Shown here: piece after piece, positions 34,502 through 47,884 of the stretch
How the letters are laid out: each line of letters starts with the position of its first letter
Position numbering within the stretch: the first letter of the stretch is position 1
NCBI GenBank assembly: GCA_002269645.1
Contig: NIVC01001575.1
Location: 224,691 to 288,690, forward strand
DNA from: Macrostomum lignano
Lineage: Eukaryota
DNA length: 64,000 nucleotides
Direction of reading: 5' to 3'
Program-made: the position numbers and the translations under genes
Notes under the pieces: model-generated
The model's input: the letters and a program-made list of their open reading frames with translations, nothing else
What the model was told of the DNA's origin: nothing
Database searches by the model: none

Positions 34502-35541
34502 CGAGGGGTGTCCCAAAAGTTCCCGGAATGTCTAACGTAGCTCTTCAACGGAGCCATGATGTTTCACGCCCTTGGTGTCAAGTGAAAGGAAGTTTTGTCA
34601 CGAAGAAAATGAAGTTAAAAGCATGTTGATATCTGTTTTTATTCAGGAGCTGCAGCAAGAAACGTGCGCAAAGGTCAGGGGTACTGTTACACAACCTCAC
34701 ATATCACTGAAAATAATTTTTCATCTTCGTTTTTGGATATTTTCATTTTGAATTCGTGCTATACTAACGTCTCAGAAAGACGTGGTAGTGTCTATGGAAA
34801 AAACAGAAATTCTCATTAAGCTAATCTGAGCTTTTGCGCGAGTGCAGATAATTCTTACCAAGTGCTTGCTTTCAACTTGAAATCTCTTTGCCAAATTGGG
34901 TTCTCTTCAGAGCCTCGAAAGTCAGCGAAGTCAAGTTTTTGTCCTTTGGTCAGTAGGATGGAGTGGGGCCAAGATTTCTGACCACTTATTCTCCATCCAT
35001 GGTAAGAAAAGCCTGAAAAAACTGCCATTTACGAATGGATCGAACGCTTTAGAGACGGTCCAGAAAATTCGTAGCCGGTGTTCCAGAACCGCAGTGAACT
35101 TGAAGGCTTCACTCGTCGCGTCATCCTGCATCATGAAATGCCTCGAACTGTTTTTGCCCAGGCCATCGACGGCATGCTTTCAAAGTGGCAGAGGTGTATT
35201 CAGCTGAATGGGGACTACGTGGAGAAGCCGCAGGCTGAGCTTGACGATTCGCTTTGAATTTTGAATCGGTGCATGTCCCAAGGATTCATCAACGGTATGA
35301 AATGTTCTGTGTTTTATTGTTTAAAATCATTGCCATAGATTTTTGAGGTTGTGTAACAGTACCCCTGACCCCTGCGCACGTTTCTTGCTGCAGCTCCTGA
35401 ATAAAAACAGATATCAACATGCTTTTAACTTCATTTTCTTCGTGACAAAACTTCCTTTCATTTGACACCAAGGGCGTGAAACATCATGGCTCCGTTGAAG
35501 AGCTACGTTAGACATTCCGGGAACTTTTGGGACACCCCTCG
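34502..35541 (+). mobile_element. Internally deleted mariner-family DNA transposon with 198-bp TIRs
   Basis: TA|CGAGGGGTGTCCCAAAAG ... CTTTTGGGACACCCCTCG|TA. TIRs 34502-34699 and 35344-35541 with about 3 mismatches. Transposase N-terminus (QRSQVFVLW...AIYEWIERFRDG) and C-terminus (FAQAIDGMLSKWQRCIQLNGDYVEK) remain; the catalytic DD(x)D core is absent. Confidence 0.92.
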
Positions 35542-36084
35542 TAATTTTGAGAACATGGTGCGAATAATCCGACCTCGAATTTCTATAGCATAGTTGCTGT
35601 ACTATATTGGTTTTAAATTGCCGCCGTCTGATTTCGCTGCTTTCGGGTTGAAAAATCGATCAGAAATCGATAATTAGTGATTTTTTGGCTGATTGGGTGC
35701 CCGAAAAATGAATGAATAAAATTTTAAAAGAATGCTAGATCAAAGGCGGATACCGCAACGAGTTGTACTAATGTCTGGCTAAAATTGACTAAGTTGTTAA
35801 AAGTCTGCTCCAAGTGCTCATGTGTCAAAAGTGATTGGAAATCGATCAGAGTAGTGATTTTTAAATGTTTTGCTTGAAATCAGGCAAAAATACGCAATGG
35901 GACGGCATTATTTTTATGACGGCTGATTTCCCACATAACGATCGGCATATTTACAGTGTGCAATTTCTGGAGATTCGGTTCATTGGGTAAAAAATTATTG
36001 ATAAAAAACTTGTTTACTTGTGACACTTTTGTTACTTCCGGGCTAATTAACCGGGAAATGGTAGGAATTTTGCACTGAAACCAA

Positions 36085-36810
36085 TGCACACGCCGGGGGA
36101 GCTTGTCGGGGAATACTCCCCGGGGAATTGGACCGGGGACCCTGGGGAGAAAAAAGTATTAAAAAATGTATTTGTAACTTAATTTTTGCCGTTAAAATAA
36201 GAAAATGATTCACAGACAGCTGATTGAAACTCTGTCTATGCTATTTTACCGCATAACTGCTTAATTTCAATGTTTTACATGTATTTCAAACACAACACAC
36301 GTTTAAACGTTTTTCACTACCAGTCTTTCAATCAAGGAAATTGCACGTAGAAACCCGTCAGGAAAAAGAAGCCTCACTGACTACTGAGTTGGTCTGCGTT
36401 GACGGCTTGACGCATTTGACGACGCAGGCGCAGCGCTGCGTCCTGCGTCAGTCACTGACGCATGGGGGGTGTCATACATATACTCCCAATTGGACAAGAA
36501 CAAAATGGTGATTTATAACTGTATTTTCCGCCTCCGGAGTCTGGACTCTTTCTGACAAAGGTGCGCGCACGATTTCGTGATGCCACGTTGTCAAATACAG
36601 TTTTAAAAAACATTGTTTTTACCCTTGCGCCTTGAACATGTAGTACAAAGCTTAAATCAAAGTTTAAAAAATTCCACTTACGAATCTAAGTTATCCGCCG
36701 TTTTTACTTATCTTTTCTTTTCCCCGGGGCCCCAGGGGTCCCCAGGGAATGACAGTAAATTCCCCGGGGTCCCCGATAAGATAATTCCCTGGGGAATCGA
36801 CATCCCTATT
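36085..36810. mobile_element. Degenerate TIR/MITE-like element
   Basis: ggggaatactccccggggaatt..ggggaccctggggagaaaaaagta at the left is mirrored by tatcttttcttttccccggggccccaggggtcccc..aattccccggggtcccc at the right; central palindromes at 36421-36462. Confidence 0.55.
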
Positions 36811-38156
36811 CACTTCCTAAAAATCATTCGACGTTAGAGACATCTTACAATGACTCTCCCCCTACTTTATCTATTAGGCTAACTTTATGTATGACACGAC
36901 ACAAAATATTAGGAGCATCAGCGTTAATAATGCCTTGGAAGTTTTTAAATAATCGATACAACACTAGGTATTATAAAATTCCAACCCCAAAGCTCACTGG
37001 GGCGACAAGACTTTGTCTTCATTAACTAGTGCTTTATGTATAATATGCTATAAATTTTATTGGTTTAATCAATAATCAATCAATAGTCTAGTCATTTTAT
37101 ATATATATATTTTAAGTACTAGTAATTTATATAAACTAAATTTAGTTTAAAATCTGTTTAAAAAAAGAATTTGTTGCCTATATTTTCTTATATTGTGTTT
37201 AACTTTTGTTAATACTTTTAAACTTTTTAGCTTGTTCAAAACACTTCGCGTTTAAATTTACCCACATTTTTGTAAGTTCTTATTTAAAATGACCAAACAC
37301 AACACTAAGATAGTGAAAGTGCTGTGTCTGTTACTAGGCCCCACTTTTGCTGTGGTTGATTAGTTTTAGCATGTTTGTGAGCGAATCTAGGATTTTAAAT
37401 TTTAGTGATGTAACATTACGTAAATTCTACTACTACATACACTAAATGTGACAACTCAATTTTTAAAAATTTGTTTGTACACGTGGGTTGGGTGTGCAAG
37501 CACCAACCAGTGTACTTCTAAAGTAATTCACTTCACTGTTCTGCTTATTGTTTAGGTTTTTAAAAACGTTTTTAAATTTATATGCTGGCTTAAATTCTTA
37601 ACAGCTTTCCCAATGTCAATCTAGTTTTTTGGGCCATATGGGGTTTTTGGCCCCTTGAAAATTTCATTGGCAACTGGATTTTAGGCATCAGAGGCCAATC
37701 TAGCAATTTCACTTTCTCTGTGCCAGTTACCAATTAAAAAAACTGATTTTGTAAGTGTAAAAAAAAGTGCCATATAAAATTGATATGATGGATTGGAAAT
37801 TGGAATTGTTAGTTTGTTTTTGTTTGCAGCATAGATAGATAGCAATCTTAGACTCAAGTTGAGAGAACTAATTTCTGCTTTTCAAATGTAGCCTTGGAAA
37901 TAGAGGCCTATTCATTCTCAAGAATTTGGCTAGTTGCCAATGGGAAACTGAAAATAGCCATTGGCAACTAGATTTTGAGCCCCAACTCAAGGCCAAGGGC
38001 CAGCAGCTGGCAAAGTTCTAGCTTTCTAACCTTAAAAAACCTAGAATTGTCAATGAAGTGTGCCTTTTTGCTCAAAACCCTTTGTTAATTTTTTGTCAAG
38101 TTAATCTCTACATATAAATATAATATGAATAAAGACTAATTATAATCTAGGCTAGG

Positions 38157-38718
38157 CCCATAGTCAAAAAGGTGGCATAGTGTGCGCCAGAATAATTTTT
38201 TTGGGACAATTTGTGCGCCGTCTATGCGCCGTCTATGTGCCATTTGTGCATTGTCTATGCGCCGTCTGTGTGCCACTCTTCACGAATAGAGTTTTCTAAG
38301 AAAGGCCTTTGTACAAAAAGCCTTTTTAAAATGTTATATATATTTTCATTTTAAACAAACTTAAATTATACCTACAAATAGAGTAATGCAAAATTGACAT
38401 TTTTAGCGATAATTTATACTAATTTTATTTACTGTTAATTTTAAAGAAGCAAAAAGTTTATCATTGACTTTCTAGACTATACAAATCTCCTTTATTTTAC
38501 ATAAAATTGTTAATTTGCATTACAATTTTCATGCATGTCACGGACCTTATGTGCCACAATTATGCGCCGCATGCGCTAGGGACCTTAGTGTGCGCCATGA
38601 TTGTGCCCAAGTGTGCCAAGGACCCCTTGTGTGCGCCGCGCTTGTGCGCCAATGTGCGCCAAGACCCTTTGTGTGCGCGGGAATTTTCCCCCTCAGAGGC
38701 CACCTTCCTGACTATGGA
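38157..38718. mobile_element. MITE with CCATAGTCA(G/A)(G/A)AAGGTGGC TIRs
   Basis: ccatagtcaaaaaggtggc at 38157 and gccaccttcctgactatgg at about 38699-38717; internal tgtgcgcc repeats. Confidence 0.7.
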
Positions 38719-39815
38719 GCTAGGCATTGTCATTGACATCTAGGTGGCTAAGCTTAGGGCTAAACATACATGCGCAACAGTTGGCCAAGTTAGCTAATTC
38801 GGCTGACCAATTTGGCAGCCAACCAAGGTAAGTTGTAAAAATGCACACCCAAATAAATACCTAAGTAGTACTAAGTAGATGACAAGGCATTTTGCCCTAA
38901 TAAGACAGTCATAATTATTCCTGCCATATGCCAAAAGTTGCAATAATTTTGCTTTAGGGTTTCTTGGCATAAACCCGATTATTACTTATCAGACAAGACC
39001 CAAAGTAGTTGGGTCAAGATGTTTGCTTTTTAGGCCTTTTTATATACATGCCCAACCTCAAAATTTTACCCATCTAGTGTGACTTAGTTTTGTCCAAATT
39101 TTTGACTTAGTTTTTCCCAATTGCAACCTAATTTTCACTTTGTATATGACTTTTCTTGCCTTGTTCTCTTTTCTTCTCCTTTCTCTCTTCTCCCTCCTTT
39201 CTTTTCCTTTTCTCTTCCTCTCCTTTCTTTCTTCCCCCAATCTTTCGATTTTGCAACTTATCTTGGCTAGTGGCCATTTCACCTGTCTAGTTTGGATGGG
39301 TTGGACAGGTGTTGGGCAATTATGCCTATCTATATAAAATATGTAAGCTTTTTGTAATCATTTTGTATCATCATTATCATGTATCATTTTGTAAGCTTCC
39401 TATGAATAAACTCATTTCTGTTATTATTTATTAGGCCTGACTTAACGTTTTTAGCATTTTTTAGATATAAAAAACAATATAAAAACAAGAAGTTATTAAA
39501 GAAATTATTAAATTCAGGCAAAATAAAAATAGAAAATGCAAAATAAACTTCTTTGTTTCAAGTCCCAAATGCTAGTTTAGGGCTAATAAACTAGAATGTT
39601 ATTATTTTAATAAATGTAAATGTATTTTAATATATAAATTTAGATTTGAGTTTTCTTAAATTAGTGTAGTCTCACATCTGTACTCATACAGTCAGTTTAC
39701 AAACTGGAGCACAAAAGGTTAACTGCTTGGTGCCCTGCTTCCTTTCACATTTGATGCTGTTGTTGCAGTTTCTCAGAAGCACTATTATCAACTCTCTGTC
39801 TAAGCTGAAGCAGTC

Positions 39816-41269
39816 ATGACTCAATACACCGCCGCCAGTGTTAGGCAAAGCTTCATCGACTTCTTTGCCCAGAAGCACAAGCACACCTATGTGCACTCAT
39901 CGTCGACTATTCCATATGACGATCCAACCCTGCTGTTTACCAATGCTGGCATGAACCAGTACAAGCCTATCTTCCTGGGCACAGCCGATCCCAACTCTGA
40001 CATGGCCAAATGGACGAGGGCTGTTAATTCCCAAAAGTGCATTAGAGCAGGCGGCAAGCACAACGATTTAGACGATGTTGGTAAAGATGTTTATCATCAC
40101 ACTTTCTTTGAGATGCTGGGCAATTGGTCGTTTGGCGATTATTTCAAATTGGAAGCTTGCACCTGGGCCTGGGACCTGCTCACTAACGTCTGGGGCTTGC
40201 CCAGGGATCGTCTGTACGTCACTTATTTTGGCGGCAACGAGGCCCAGGGCCTGCCATCCGATGAGGAGGCTCGCGACATCTGGATCAGCTTGGGCCTGCC
40301 GCCTGACCGAGTGCTGCCATTCGGCATGAAGGACAACTTCTGGGAGATGGGCGAGACTGGACCATGCGGTCCCTGCTCCGAGATTCACTTCGATCGGATT
40401 GGAGGCGGTAGAAATGCCGCGGATCTTGTCAACATGGACGATCCGGACGTGTTGGAGATTTGGAATCTCGTATTTATCCAGTTTAATCGCGAGCCAGATG
40501 GCAACCTGAGATTGCTGCCTAATAAGCATATTGATACCGGCATGGGAATGGAGCGAATTCTCTCTGTGCTTCAGGTGTGTTGAACATCTTTTTTGTGTCT
40601 TCTCGTAGTTGAAATGACTAAATTGACACAATCATTTCTCACTTATTATTCCGTGCCACTAACCTTAGCTATCTTTGTCTAATTACGGTTTATCAATTTT
40701 CCCTGTAAATACCCTCCATGTCATCCCTGTAAATACCCTCCATGTCATCCCTGTAAATACCCTCAATGTCATCCCTGTAAATACCCTCCATGTCATCCCT
40801 GTAAATACCCTCAATGTCATCCCTGTAAATACCCTCCATGTCATCCCTGTAAATACCCTCAATGTCATCCCTGTAAATACCCTCCATGTCATCCCTGTAA
40901 ATACCCTCCATGTCATCCTGTAAATACCCCTATGTCATCTCTTTAAATACCCCTATGTTATCCCTGTAAATACCCTCCATGTCATCCCTGTAAATACCCT
41001 CCATGTCATCCCTGTAAATACCCTTCATATCATCCCTGTAAATACCCCTGTCATCTCTTTAAATACCCCGTCATCCTTGTCCCTCCATTCGAACCAAATT
41101 GTCTGCAGCCCATATGCATTACCCATCTATCTAGTCGATTCCACAACCCGCAGGGCCACCGATCCAACTACGACACCGACGCATTCCAACCGCTGTTCGC
41201 CGCCATCGAGAAGTTCACCGGCAGCCGGCCCTATTCTGGCCGGGTGGGCGCCGAAGACACCGACGAGTT
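39816..41269 (+). CDS. AARS1: Alanyl-tRNA synthetase, cytoplasmic type; 3'-partial (runs into assembly gap)
   Basis: Exon 39816-40574 ([100 protein letters not shown]) and exon from 41154 ([12 protein letters not shown]...[11 protein letters not shown]). Confidence 0.97.
40700..41075. repeat. 24-bp minisatellite (tccctgtaaataccctccatgtca) in AlaRS intron 1
   Basis: About 15 copies, with alternating ccatg/caatg variants in the middle. Confidence 0.93.
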
Positions 41270-42184
41270 NNNNNNNNNNNNNNNNNNNNNNNNNNNNNNN
41301 NNNNNNNNNNNNNNNNNNNNNNNNNNNNNNNNNNNNNNNNNNNNNNNNNNNNNNNNNNNNNNNNNNNNNNNNNNNNNNNNNNNNNNNNNNNNNNNNNNNN
41401 NNNNNNNNNNNNNNNNNNNNNNNNNNNNNNNNNNNNNNNNNNNNNNNNNNNNNNNNNNNNNNNNNNNNNNNNNNNNNNNNNNNNNNNNNNNNNNNNNNNN
41501 NNNNNNNNNNNNNNNNNNNNNNNNNNNNNNNNNNNNNNNNNNNNNNNNNNNNNNNNNNNNNNNNNNNNNNNNNNNNNNNNNNNNNNNNNNNNNNNNNNNN
41601 NNNNNNNNNNNNNNNNNNNNNNNNNNNNNNNNNNNNNNNNNNNNNNNNNNNNNNNNNNNNNNNNNNNNNNNNNNNNNNNNNNNNNNNNNNNNNNNNNNNN
41701 NNNNNNNNNNNNNNNNNNNNNNNNNNNNNNNNNNNNNNNNNNNNNNNNNNNNNNNNNNNNNNNNNNNNNNNNNNNNNNNNNNNNNNNNNNNNNNNNNNNN
41801 NNNNNNNNNNNNNNNNNNNNNNNNNNNNNNNNNNNNNNNNNNNNNNNNNNNNNNNNNNNNNNNNNNNNNNNNNNNNNNNNNNNNNNNNNNNNNNNNNNNN
41901 NNNNNNNNNNNNNNNNNNNNNNNNNNNNNNNNNNNNNNNNNNNNNNNNNNNNNNNNNNNNNNNNNNNNNNNNNNNNNNNNNNNNNNNNNNNNNNNNNNNN
42001 NNNNNNNNNNNNNNNNNNNNNNNNNNNNNNNNNNNNNNNNNNNNNNNNNNNNNNNNNNNNNNNNNNNNNNNNNNNNNNNNNNNNNNNNNNNNNNNNNNNN
42101 NNNNNNNNNNNNNNNNNNNNNNNNNNNNNNNNNNNNNNNNNNNNNNNNNNNNNNNNNNNNNNNNNNNNNNNNNNNNNNNNNNNN
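41270..42184. other. Assembly gap (915 N)
   Basis: Run of N characters. Confidence 1.
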
Positions 42185-42224
42185 GCCGATCCAGTCTGCA
42201 GGGCAATGCGTTGTTCTGAAGTCT

Positions 42225-42700
42225 TGATTGTATCTGACTCTTACTTGAGTCTGATTCTTACATGAGTCTGACTCTTTCAATTATCCTGACTATTACTTGA
42301 GTCTGACTCTTACAGTTTGCCTGACTCTTACTTGAGTCTGACTCTTGCAATTATGCTGACTCTTACTTGAGTCTGACTCTTACTTGAGTCTGACTCTTAC
42401 TTGAGTCTGACTCTTACTTGAGTCTGACTCTTACAGATATGCCTGACTCTTACTTGAGTCTGACTCTTACAGTTATGCCTGACTCTTACTTGAGTCTGAC
42501 TCTTACAGTTATGCCTGACTCTTACTTGAGTCTGACTCTTACTTGAGTCTGACTCTTACTTGAGTCTGACTCTTGCAATTATGCCTGACTCTTACTTGAG
42601 TCTGACTCTTACTTCAGTCTGACTCTTACTTCAGTCTGATTTTACTTGAGTCTGACTCTTACTTGAGTCTGACTCTTACTTGAGTCTGACTCTTACTCGT
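42225..42700. repeat. 17/19-bp minisatellite (ttgagtctgactcttac)
   Basis: Direct reading. Confidence 0.93.
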
Positions 42701-43309
42701 GAAGTAAAACATGCTACTTTAGTCGTCCTTATGTACTGCCTGTTAAGATATATTTGGCAACACATTTTATTAAATAGTATCACTGAAGCTCCAAGCTCTA
42801 TCACCAGTGAAACTGCATCAGTTGGATGGAGCTTGGTCTGCATCCCCAGCATCTCTCTACTCACTAGTGGCCTCTTAGCGTTTTCCTTTTCAATCATTTG
42901 CCCCCCTCCCACGTAAAGCCAGTGCTGAGTGCTTTTAGACAAGCGAGCAGAGGCTCGAAGCCTGCATTGCATTCACCTGCATCGGCTGCAGGTAGGGGGA
43001 CAGATCTGCTACAGCTGGAAACTATCGAGCTGCATGTCTATATGCTCTGGCATTATTCTTCCACTTTTTTGGTATCCCATTTTGTCCGGGAAACTCCGAA
43101 CTCCACTTTGTCACTGTCAGTGTCAGAGTTCGTTTAGGCTAAGGAGGGAGTTGACTGAGCTGGACAAACAGAACAGCGTGTTGCTTGCAGGCGAATGAAA
43201 TAAGAGTGAGATCGCGGCTTTTTTAATTTATAATGCATCTTGTGACTTCATTAGTGAGCTTATGTGTTGAGTTGATGAGTTTGTAGGTTTAGGATTTTTC
43301 CATGAGTGA

Positions 43310-44940
43310 GTTCACGAGTGACTGACTCAATTTAATGAGTGACTGACTCAATTTGATGAGTGACTGACTCAATTTAATGAGTGACTGACTTAATTTAATG
43401 AGTGACTGACTCAATTTGATGAGTGACTGACTCAATTTAATGAGTGACTGACTCAATTTAATGAGTGACTGACTTAATTTAATGAGTGACCGACTCAATT
43501 TAATGAGTGACTGACTCAATTTAATGAGTGACTGATTCAATTTAATGAGTGACTGACTCAATTTAATGAGTGACCGACTCAATTTAATGAGTGACAGACT
43601 CAATTTAATGAGTGACTGACTCAATTTAATGAGTGACTGACTCAATTTAATGAGTGACTGACTTAATTTAATGAGTGAATGACTCAATTTAATGAGTGAC
43701 TGACTCAATTAAATGAGTGACTGACTCAATTTAATGAGTGAATGACTCAATTTAATGAGTGACTGACTCAATTTAATGAGTGACTGACTCAATTTAATGA
43801 GTGACTGACTCAATTTAATGAGTGACCGACTCAATTTAATGAGTGACTGACTCAATTTAATGAGTGACTGACTTAATTTAATGAGTGAATGACTCAATTT
43901 AATGAGTGACTGACTCAATTTAATGAGTGACTGACTCAATTTAATGAGTGACTGACTCAATTTAATGAGTGACTGACTCAATTTAATGAGTGACTGACTC
44001 AATTTAATAAGTGACTGGCTCAATTTAATGAGTGACTGGCTCAATTTAATGAGTGACTGGCTCAATTTAATGAGTGACTGACTCAATTTAATGAGTGACT
44101 GACTCAATTTAATGAGTGACTGGCTCAATTTAATGAGTGACCGACTCAATTTAATGAGTGACTGGCTCAATTTAATGAGTGACTGGCTCAATTTAATGAG
44201 TGACCGACTCAATTTAATAAGTGACTGGCTCAATTTAATGAGTGACTGGCTCAATTTAATGAGTGACTGGCTCAATTTAATGAGTGACCGACTCAATTTA
44301 ATGAGTGACTGGCTCAATTTAATGAGTGACTGGCTCAATTTAATGAGTGACCGACTCAATTTAATAAGTGACTGGCTCAATTTAATGAGTGACTGGCTCA
44401 ATTTAATGAGTGACTGGCTCAATTTAATGAGTGACTGGCTCAATTTAATGAGTGACCGACTCAATTTAATGAGTGACTGACTTAATTTAATGAGTGACTG
44501 ACTCAATTTAATGAGTGACTGACTCAATTTGATGAGTGACTGACTCAATTTAATGAGTGACTGACTCAATTTAATGAGTGACTGACTCAATTTGATAAGT
44601 GACTGACTCAATTTAATGAGTGACTGACTCAATTTAATGAGTGACTGACTCAATTTAATGAGTGACCGACTCAATTTAATGAGTGACCGACTCAATTTAA
44701 TGAGTGACTGACTCAATTTTATGAGTGAGTTCATAAGTTCACGAGTGACCGTCGAAAATTCACGAGTGACGACTAAAATTCACGAGTGACCGACTGAAAT
44801 TCACGAGTGACGACTAAAATTCACGAGTGACCGACTCAATATCACGAGTGACTAATTTAAGTTCACGAGTGACTGATTTAAGTTCACGAGTGACTGATTT
44901 AAGTTCACGAGTGATCGACTCAATTTCACGACTGACCGAC
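43310..44940. repeat. 21-bp minisatellite (aatttaatgagtgactgactc), about 67 copies, plus a degenerate ttcacgagtgac tail
   Basis: Direct reading; source of the SLIKLSQ ORFs. Confidence 0.95.
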
Positions 44941-44947
44941 TCCTTAC

Positions 44948-45125
44948 TCTGCACAGCCATTGCTGTGTGGTTGTCCTGAGCCTCCAGCTTCACCACGAAC
45001 ACCCCGAAGCTGTAGGTGATGCCGCTGCGAACGACAGTCAGCAGCAGCACCGCCAGGCAGATCAGCCAGCCCTGCGTGCCGGTTGGCAGCTTGCGAAATC
45101 TTCGACTAAAAGCAGACACGAGCAT
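44948..45125 (-). CDS. First coding exon of an SLC16/MCT-like major facilitator transporter
   Basis: MLVSAFSRRFRKLPTGTQGWLICLAVLLLTVVRSGITYSFGVFVVKL resembles MCT TM1 (GW...G..YSFGVF..L). Acceptor caacag lies just before the ATG and donor A|GTAAGG at 44947. No downstream exon was found before the gap. Confidence 0.75.
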
Positions 45126-45439
45126 CCTGTTGCTGATGAATGAAAGCCGATCAGTCAGTCAGTTTCAGTTGGTCGGGTATATCTGCAATGCAAATCCAGT
45201 TGTAGACCGGCTGACACACCAATTTCTATGGAAAGTAGGCTTACTTTGGTCTTCTTAGTTGCGAGTATCTTGTTGTCAAGGCTTTATGAAGATACCCGCA
45301 CTGGGGAATGGTTAGAGTCCGCTTTCTCTATCTTAAGCGATTTACGACAGTTTAAATTGTATTACCTGGTATTGTTTACTCTTCTAGATATTACTCTCAA
45401 AATCTCCCTTATTCTGCAATAATACCAATCTCTAATCCC

Positions 45440-46150
45440 ACCCAATCTCTAAACTCATAACTCACCCCATTCCTTAACTCTTAACTCGCCCCATCTGTAA
45501 TCTCACCCAATCTCTAATCCCACCTAATCTCTAATCTCACCCAATCTCTAATCTCACCCAATCTCTAATCTCACCCAATCTCTAATCTCACCCAATCTCT
45601 AATCCCACCCAATCTCTAATCCCACCCAATCTCTAATCTCACCCAATCTCTAATCTCACCCAATCTCTAATCTCACCCAATCTCTAATCTCACCCAATCT
45701 CTAATCTCACCCAATCTCTAATCTCACCCAATCTCTAATCTCACCCAATCTCTAATCTCACCCTATCTCTAATATCACCCAAACTGTAGTCTCACCCAAT
45801 CTCTAATCTCACCGCCATCTGTAATCTCAACCATACTGTAATCTCACCCTATCTGTAAACTCACCGCCATCTGTAATCTCACCATATCTCTAATTTCACC
45901 GCCATCAGTAATCTCAACCATACTGTAATCTTACCCTATCTGCAAACTCACCGCCATCTGTAATCTCACCCCATCTGTAATTTCAACCATACTATAATCT
46001 CACTCTATCTGTAAACTCACCGCCATCTGTAATCTCACCACATCTGTAATCTCACCCATCTGTAAACTCACCGACATTTCTAATCTCACCCAATCTCTAA
46101 TCTCATCCAATCTCCAATCTCACCTTATCTGTAATCTCACCCAACCTGTA
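45440..46150. repeat. 17-bp minisatellite (tctaatctcacccaatc), degenerating 3'
   Basis: Direct reading. Confidence 0.92.
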
Positions 46151-47479
46151 CTCAAACTTATCTCTCTCAAACCTCAATTCCTCCACCTCTTTCATCTCTC
46201 CCAGTCTTGTCCTCTACAATCTCATTTTTCTGATCCAAAATGTCCACAAGGTCCGAAATGGTCGAATGAGGCTCGATTATGATAGGGAGTGATGGAATGT
46301 TAGGATCAGACGGAGTTGAAGACAAGGGGATTATGAAAGTTACACTGGAGCGTTACCTAGTAATGGTAACTCATGCCAAAAAGTCCTTATTAGAGCGAAC
46401 TGCTAGTTGCAAGCATTTAACCCTAACCGTAAGGTATCAGTACAGCTAATTTGCATCCCGGACTCAAGGCAACTCCTTCAGCTGACCTTCTTGCCGATGA
46501 TGGACTAAAAGGTTCCCAAACCCGATGGCTGCAGCGTATATAAAGATCGCAGAGAGCCAGAAAAAAGGGGAGAATTGTGAAAGCGCGGACACAAAAATCA
46601 AGCCATGCAAGCTCGTTGATCGATAAAATATTTATGAGAGGTTGCGGCCCCCTGCAATCTCCCAGAGCTCGCTGTCTGCCTTCTTTGCCTCATCTCTGCT
46701 CTCCCTCTGGCCTCTCGAGTTGTCCCAGGTACAAAAAGTCTCGGCGACATCAACTGTAAATCTCGGGGATCAAAACTGGAAAGACAAGAGACGCTTGGAC
46801 AGGGGGGGGGGACTGTGAGAGATATGAAGGAACCAAGGAGATGCACGACACTCTTGAGACTTCCCCTGACCGCCAGCAATCCCCACTTGACAACCTATAA
46901 GGGGAGACGAAATGATGAGCTTTGGGCCCGGGTTGACAAGCCACAGCACCATGTTTATTGGGACCAGATTCGCTTGGGAGGGAAAAATAATAAGACCAAA
47001 ATATGTTCGGAAGGTCGACAGGACAGATGTGGAGCTTCCCAAAATAAAACATCCCCCATACAAGCTCAGGAGATCTTATTTGGCTCGGATTCGGGGAAAT
47101 TCACACCGCGAACTCCTGCGACAAAACTAGAGTAGGCTTATTGATTGCCAGGGTCGCGAGTCATGCGTGAGCATAAATCTGGAATCGATTGCTAGTGTCA
47201 AATATGCTTATAAGCTCTGCCCGAAATAAACGAGACTTGTCCGACTTCCTAAAGAACACTGGATTTAAGTTGAGTTCCAACCTTCAATCTTAATTTTCAA
47301 GTTCTCATTCTGCAACATTTTTCCAAGTTGATCAAACTGAATTTTTACGCTTTTATCGGGTATTACGTTTCAACACAAGTAGGCCTTGTTCGATTTCATA
47401 GGAAGTTGTCAGTTTGTGTGCATGGAACAATAAAATAATGAGCAAATAAAGCAAAAGGAAATTGAGCTCCAGGACTTAC

Positions 47480-47884
47480 CGGTGGTAACAATTGTTCGGC
47501 CCAAACTTGATCAACGCGATTGTGAAAGCACTGCTCCTTTTCCACGATCAGCAAACTCTCTTAAGCTTGCCTAGAGCAGTTGAATGTTCCGCATGAGACG
47601 CTGACAGTGCTTGGGATTTGAGATGCGGTTTTTTGGCGGAGGGGGGCTGGAGGGGGGAGGCCTCCGGACTCTGCAGCGGGTTATGGTGGCGGCAGCGAAT
47701 CGCTGGGCCAAGATGAGCGGTTGGACGACTTCGCGTCGGCCATTCCTCGGGCGTCAGCTCGGCTGCCTCCCCGACTTGGCCACAAAGCTTTCTTCTTGGC
47801 ACCAGCTCATCTTTCCTTCTCTCTCTCTCTTTCTCTCACAGACAGTTTAGCAGGAAATTCAGTCGAAAAATCCGTCACGAAAAA
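47480..47884. promoter_or_regulatory. Candidate bidirectional promoter / 5' UTR exon between the MFS gene (-) and sulfotransferase-like gene (+)
   Basis: Minus-strand donor ccaccg|GTAAGT at 47479; GC-rich 47600-47800; plus-strand ATG at 47885. Confidence 0.5.

Noticed and set aside
41077-42280. ORFs of 327-380 aa spanning X runs
   Set aside because: Artefacts of the N gap; the real frame is the AlaRS exon starting at 41154.
46298-47118. Solo LTR in the MFS 5' intron
   Set aside because: TG..CA ends can be chosen, but flanks give no TSD and there is no internal coding remnant.
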